A stretch of 55,955 nt of DNA, filler included, from Basidiobolus ranarum (taxonomy: Eukaryota), in NCBI GenBank assembly GCA_040143965.1. It is 4 parts of 4 records of this genome, joined end to end, with 100 filler letters (N's around TTAATTAATTAA, not from the genome) between each part and the next. Parts side by side here need not be neighbours in the genome. Positions count along the whole stretch, not along the records: positions 42,085 to 55,955 come from JASJQH010007330.1; 3 more parts are not named here. One strand, given 5' to 3'. This document shows, piece by piece, positions 52,288 to 55,955 of this stretch. The notes under the pieces were generated by a model, which did not search any database, was not told where the DNA came from, and saw nothing but the letters and a program-made list of their open reading frames with translations. The first letter of the stretch is position 1; each line of letters opens with the position of its first letter. Made by a program: the position numbers and the translations under genes.

Positions 52288-53040
52288 ATGAACTGATAGG
52301 TTCACGAAGTTACCAGTCTGGTAGTGCTTTCGCGGACCTTCCTAATTCAATGATACTTGACCTTGTTAGTAAGAAACCATTTATCTCTTTGAAACTTCTT
52401 TGTAACCGTTAATCTTTCTAATGTCTTGAGTAAATATGCACTTTTCATTAGGAATATTTCTCATGAATCTTTTACCACCACCTTCATCCCCGCCCCGCCC
52501 CTTCCTTTAAATTTCACTTTTCTCTTTGTAATATGGAAATTGGTTGATTTAATTCTTGATTTTTACAAATTGACAACTTATTGAGTAATCTAATTGGTAG
52601 TTGTTTTATTCTCGCAGATAAATACTTTCACTCTCACTTCACTCCACTCTAGTGTTTACTTGACCTGACCTTGCACCATATTTCATTGTAATCGAACTAA
52701 CCCAATATTGGGCCATAAATTTCGGTTGAAAATATATCAGTCGCCATCAGTTTGTGCCAAGTACATGCTTAACCTGTTTATTGCTTAGGATGTGACCTTG
52801 CCTGGTTACATCAAACCATTAACAATGTAGTGGTTTATTATACCAAAGTACAAACACTGATAATTGAGTAAATTAGTAATGGTTGACTGTTCGAATTGTA
52901 ATTGTGTACAATATGAGGTTTATTTGAAGTATTTGATTGCAAGGCTTATATAAAATTCGATTGGGAGTAGTAATAACTGTAAGAAATGTGTTACTTTATA
53001 CAGCAAATGGAACATGAAATGACCGGGTCAAACTAGGAAA

Positions 53041-54111
53041 TTATTCATGGTCGTCTAGCAGTCCTTTTTCTTCTCCAGTAGAGAAGACTTGTTCAATTTT
53101 CACTGGGTTACAGTGATGAGGTAAACTTGCGACTTTAGCATCATGATTTGACAGTAATGCTTCGGTATGTTCCGACTGATGATGATTTTGTCTTGATGAA
53201 TTTCTAATACGCAAGAATAGCAGAATTGGTAGAGCGAAGAAGAATATAACAACAGCGACCAGACTCATCCAGATTAAAGCGAAGAGTTGAAGTTCACCAA
53301 CATGTTCATTAGCCCAAGTTTCGATATTATCAGTTACTTTGTAATACCAGATCTCAATGGACTCAGCGGCATTATTGAGATAGTTTTGGATTTGATTGAA
53401 GATGCGGGCTAAACGTTTACCACCACATCTATGAGAGCTTGTCTCTTCATCATCTAGTTCAGAAAATGGCATCCAAGGTTGATTTCCTTCTGGACGGTAG
53501 TATACTTGATCGAGGGGAAGTTTACGGGGTGGATATACAGAAATATCACCGCTTTCAGGTAAATCAATCACAACTTGTACCACCTCGTTTTGAACTACGT
53601 TATGATCTAAAACTTGGGTTTGCAAAATTACACGAGGAACGAAGATATCTTGGTCCTCATCGTACTCCACATCAGCCCAGGCATACATTTTAACAGGAAG
53701 TAAATCAGGAGATTGGTCCATTAGTTCCATCTCGAAAATGTCAACCTTGTCTTCAACATCAATGGCGAATACAGGGACATTGCGGTAGAACATGGGCCCA
53801 TCGTCAATCAACTGAAAATGTTATTAGAAAGTATATTCTCTAAGTATTCTTATTGCTATAAGTACCTGTTTTTCGTCCACTTTTAAGTTCAAAGCCAACA
53901 CGCGAGTTTGACCGGCCTGTTCACCATTTTCATCAATAATTTGGTCAATTTGATTGATAGATATTGCGAGGACTTTTGTCCTTGGAGATACGTGCAAAGT
54001 TTCCACATGTACAGTCAAATCATTGTCAGAGTATTCTTCCACAGGGAAAGCATTGACGAATAAGACGAAAGAGAGCAAGGCGAAGAGCAGATATTTCAGC
54101 TTTGGTAACAT
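53041..54111 (-). CDS. Uncharacterised single-pass membrane protein with a signal peptide, 2 exons
   Basis: Exons 54111-53866 and 53811-53041 join in frame. N-terminal signal MLPKLKYLLFALLSFVLFVNA, acidic luminal region, TM helix LFALIWMSLVAVVIFFFALPILLFL. Confidence 0.75.
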
Positions 54112-55262
54112 GATTTCAAATGGAAGAGTAGTCACAGACTGGGTTTGTGGAAGTAAAATCGATAAATAAATACAAGAAGGTTAAGGTTACTGTGGTTTAA
54201 GGAACGTCAGACCAAGATTGGTATTTAAATGGTAGAAATTTGCGTCACCCTAATCATACCAAATTGGCAACTCCAACAATGAAATCACTCTCTTATGACT
54301 GATTAACTTTCCATGGTCCATTGGGTTTCCGGTATCAAGTTGAGTGTCTCATTTGGATTCCCCGGACCAATCAATTGTTAACGATGGGATAAAAATTACG
54401 AAACTCGAACAATTTCATTCATCAGATTATTTTCCATGATGCAGAGCCCCTTTAGCTCTAGTATTCTAGGAGAGTTCTTCACAAAAGAGTATTGAAATTA
54501 AATTAGGATCGAGCTCGATGTCCAATCACACGCGCTGCGAGTGAATCATTGAATGCCAGCACTGCGGTCCATTATGCCACTGGACAGCAATTATGGTAGA
54601 GTGAGAAAGCGAGGGTAACTGGAATATTTGCGAAGATGCACACATTGTCTCGTTGATACATTGGAGTGCTAGCATGCATCCAGCACTACATCAAATATGC
54701 ATTACTCCCTTATAACACCTTTCTTGGCTCTGGTCCATGAACCGGGTGATGTCATACCATCGGATGATATGGCTAGTACGAAGGGCGGCAGATGGTTGGC
54801 CAGCTCAGTATTGATTCTATTCTCGCCATGGGTTAGAGCTCGAGCAGGGCTACATGCTCTGATTGTCACATAACGAAAGTACTCTCTGCGGTGCGAAGAG
54901 CCGCCCAAATTACTCGCGGTTTCACGGAAGATCCACTCAGAAACAATTCCCAGCACCAAAGATTTCAAGGATTACCACTATGGTGCGAAGCTATACGAAG
55001 GTACGATGGAGATAATCTCAAAGCATCTGTCCGAGTGCGTCGCAGGAGGCTCGGGAAAGCCATCCTTTCACTGTTATTTCTTTGGGGCGAAAGGTTGATT
55101 AAAGAAAGATCAAGTTATACGTCAAACGAGGTAACAGTGCGATCTCACAAACTGATCAAATATATTGAATTGGAAACCTGCGCAGTACTGGAATGAAAAT
55201 TAAATGGTGAGTCAATCTTATGACACGCACGATATTGTTATATATAACAATGATGATCATCA

Positions 55263-55936
55263 ATGATTTCTCTAGTCACCATGGCCTTGATGGACAATTT
55301 CTTTTTTATGGCGTTCCTGCTAGCACTGGCAGGAATAGCGATTGCGATACAGTCAGGTGAGTTGCTTATTGATGACACACCACACACCAATCATGCTAAC
55401 TCGATATTAGGATGCAATAGTACTTTGGGAAGGATCGCCGGTAAAACCTTCTCTTCTGTGAATTCTTTTATCACCGGTTTGGTTCCATTATTCGTCATCT
55501 TTTTGATCGAAAGTAAAGGAATCACTGAGACCCAAGCCACGGCCGAGACAGTTGCACGTAAGTCAATTCATTCCTTCACCATCCATCCCTTATTAAATTA
55601 ATGAAACTCCTTTTGTAAGGTATCCCGTGGTGGGGCTGGATAGGTGGATTCTTAGGAACAGTCTACGTCTTGTCTCAAATATTTGTGGTGCCTAAAATTG
55701 GGGCAGCGAACTTCACCGGCTTACTGGTTTCTACTCAATTGACAACAGCTGTATTGATGGACAATTGGGGTATAGCTGGAGTGCCGCAGCGAACCTTGAC
55801 TTAATATAGAGGGCTCGGTCTTGTTGGGTTACTACTTAGCGTGTTCGTCATCACTCGGTGCGTTGGACCACCAGAAGCTGTCGTGCAGCCGGAATTGGTG
55901 ATTGAAGAAAAGAGTAAGAACTCGAGTGAAGTTTAA
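55263..55936 (+). pseudogene. DMT-superfamily YdcZ/DUF606-like transporter, 3 exons, with an in-frame TAA at 55802-55804
   Basis: Exons 55263(or 55281)-55356, 55411-55557 and 55620-55936 give LAGIAIAIQSGCNSTLG..SFITG..PWWGWIGGFLG..VPKIGA..QL..AVLMDNWG..QRTLT*YRGLGLVGLLLSVFVI. Confidence 0.7.
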
Positions 55937-55955
55937 AACCAATATTCATAAAACC

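Overview
Eukaryotic DNA, AT-rich, with many short GT-AG introns. It is most likely an early-diverging (non-Dikarya) fungus, possibly Basidiobolus-like; this is an inference from gene content. The window is not one locus. Four contigs of decreasing length (13942, 13934, 13908, 13871 bp) are joined by artificial 100-bp N44-TTAATTAATTAA-N44 spacers. Contig 1: OCRL/INPP5B-like 5-phosphatase, a tiny 3-exon V-ATPase subunit f/RNASEK gene missed by the ORF track, Sit4/PP6, a cytochrome b5-fused desaturase, a Cla4-like PAK kinase and a CpG-depleted CACTA transposase relic. Contig 2: a truncated unknown gene, an IS630/Tc1 relic, a PX-PB1 protein, a RegA-like receiver-phosphodiesterase fusion and a subtilisin with no prodomain. 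Contig 3: acyl-CoA oxidase, a C2H2 factor, PRPP synthetase, a Jsn1/Puf2-like protein and TFIIF alpha. Contig 4: a UPF0658-like membrane protein, a WrbA-type reductase, a BCAS3 homolog, an unknown membrane protein and an intron-containing YdcZ-type transporter with an in-frame stop. The most notable item is the phosphodiesterase: its receiver domain lacks the phosphoacceptor Asp and its catalytic domain lacks the usual substrate-binding Gln. All calls come from manual motif recognition; no database searches were run.
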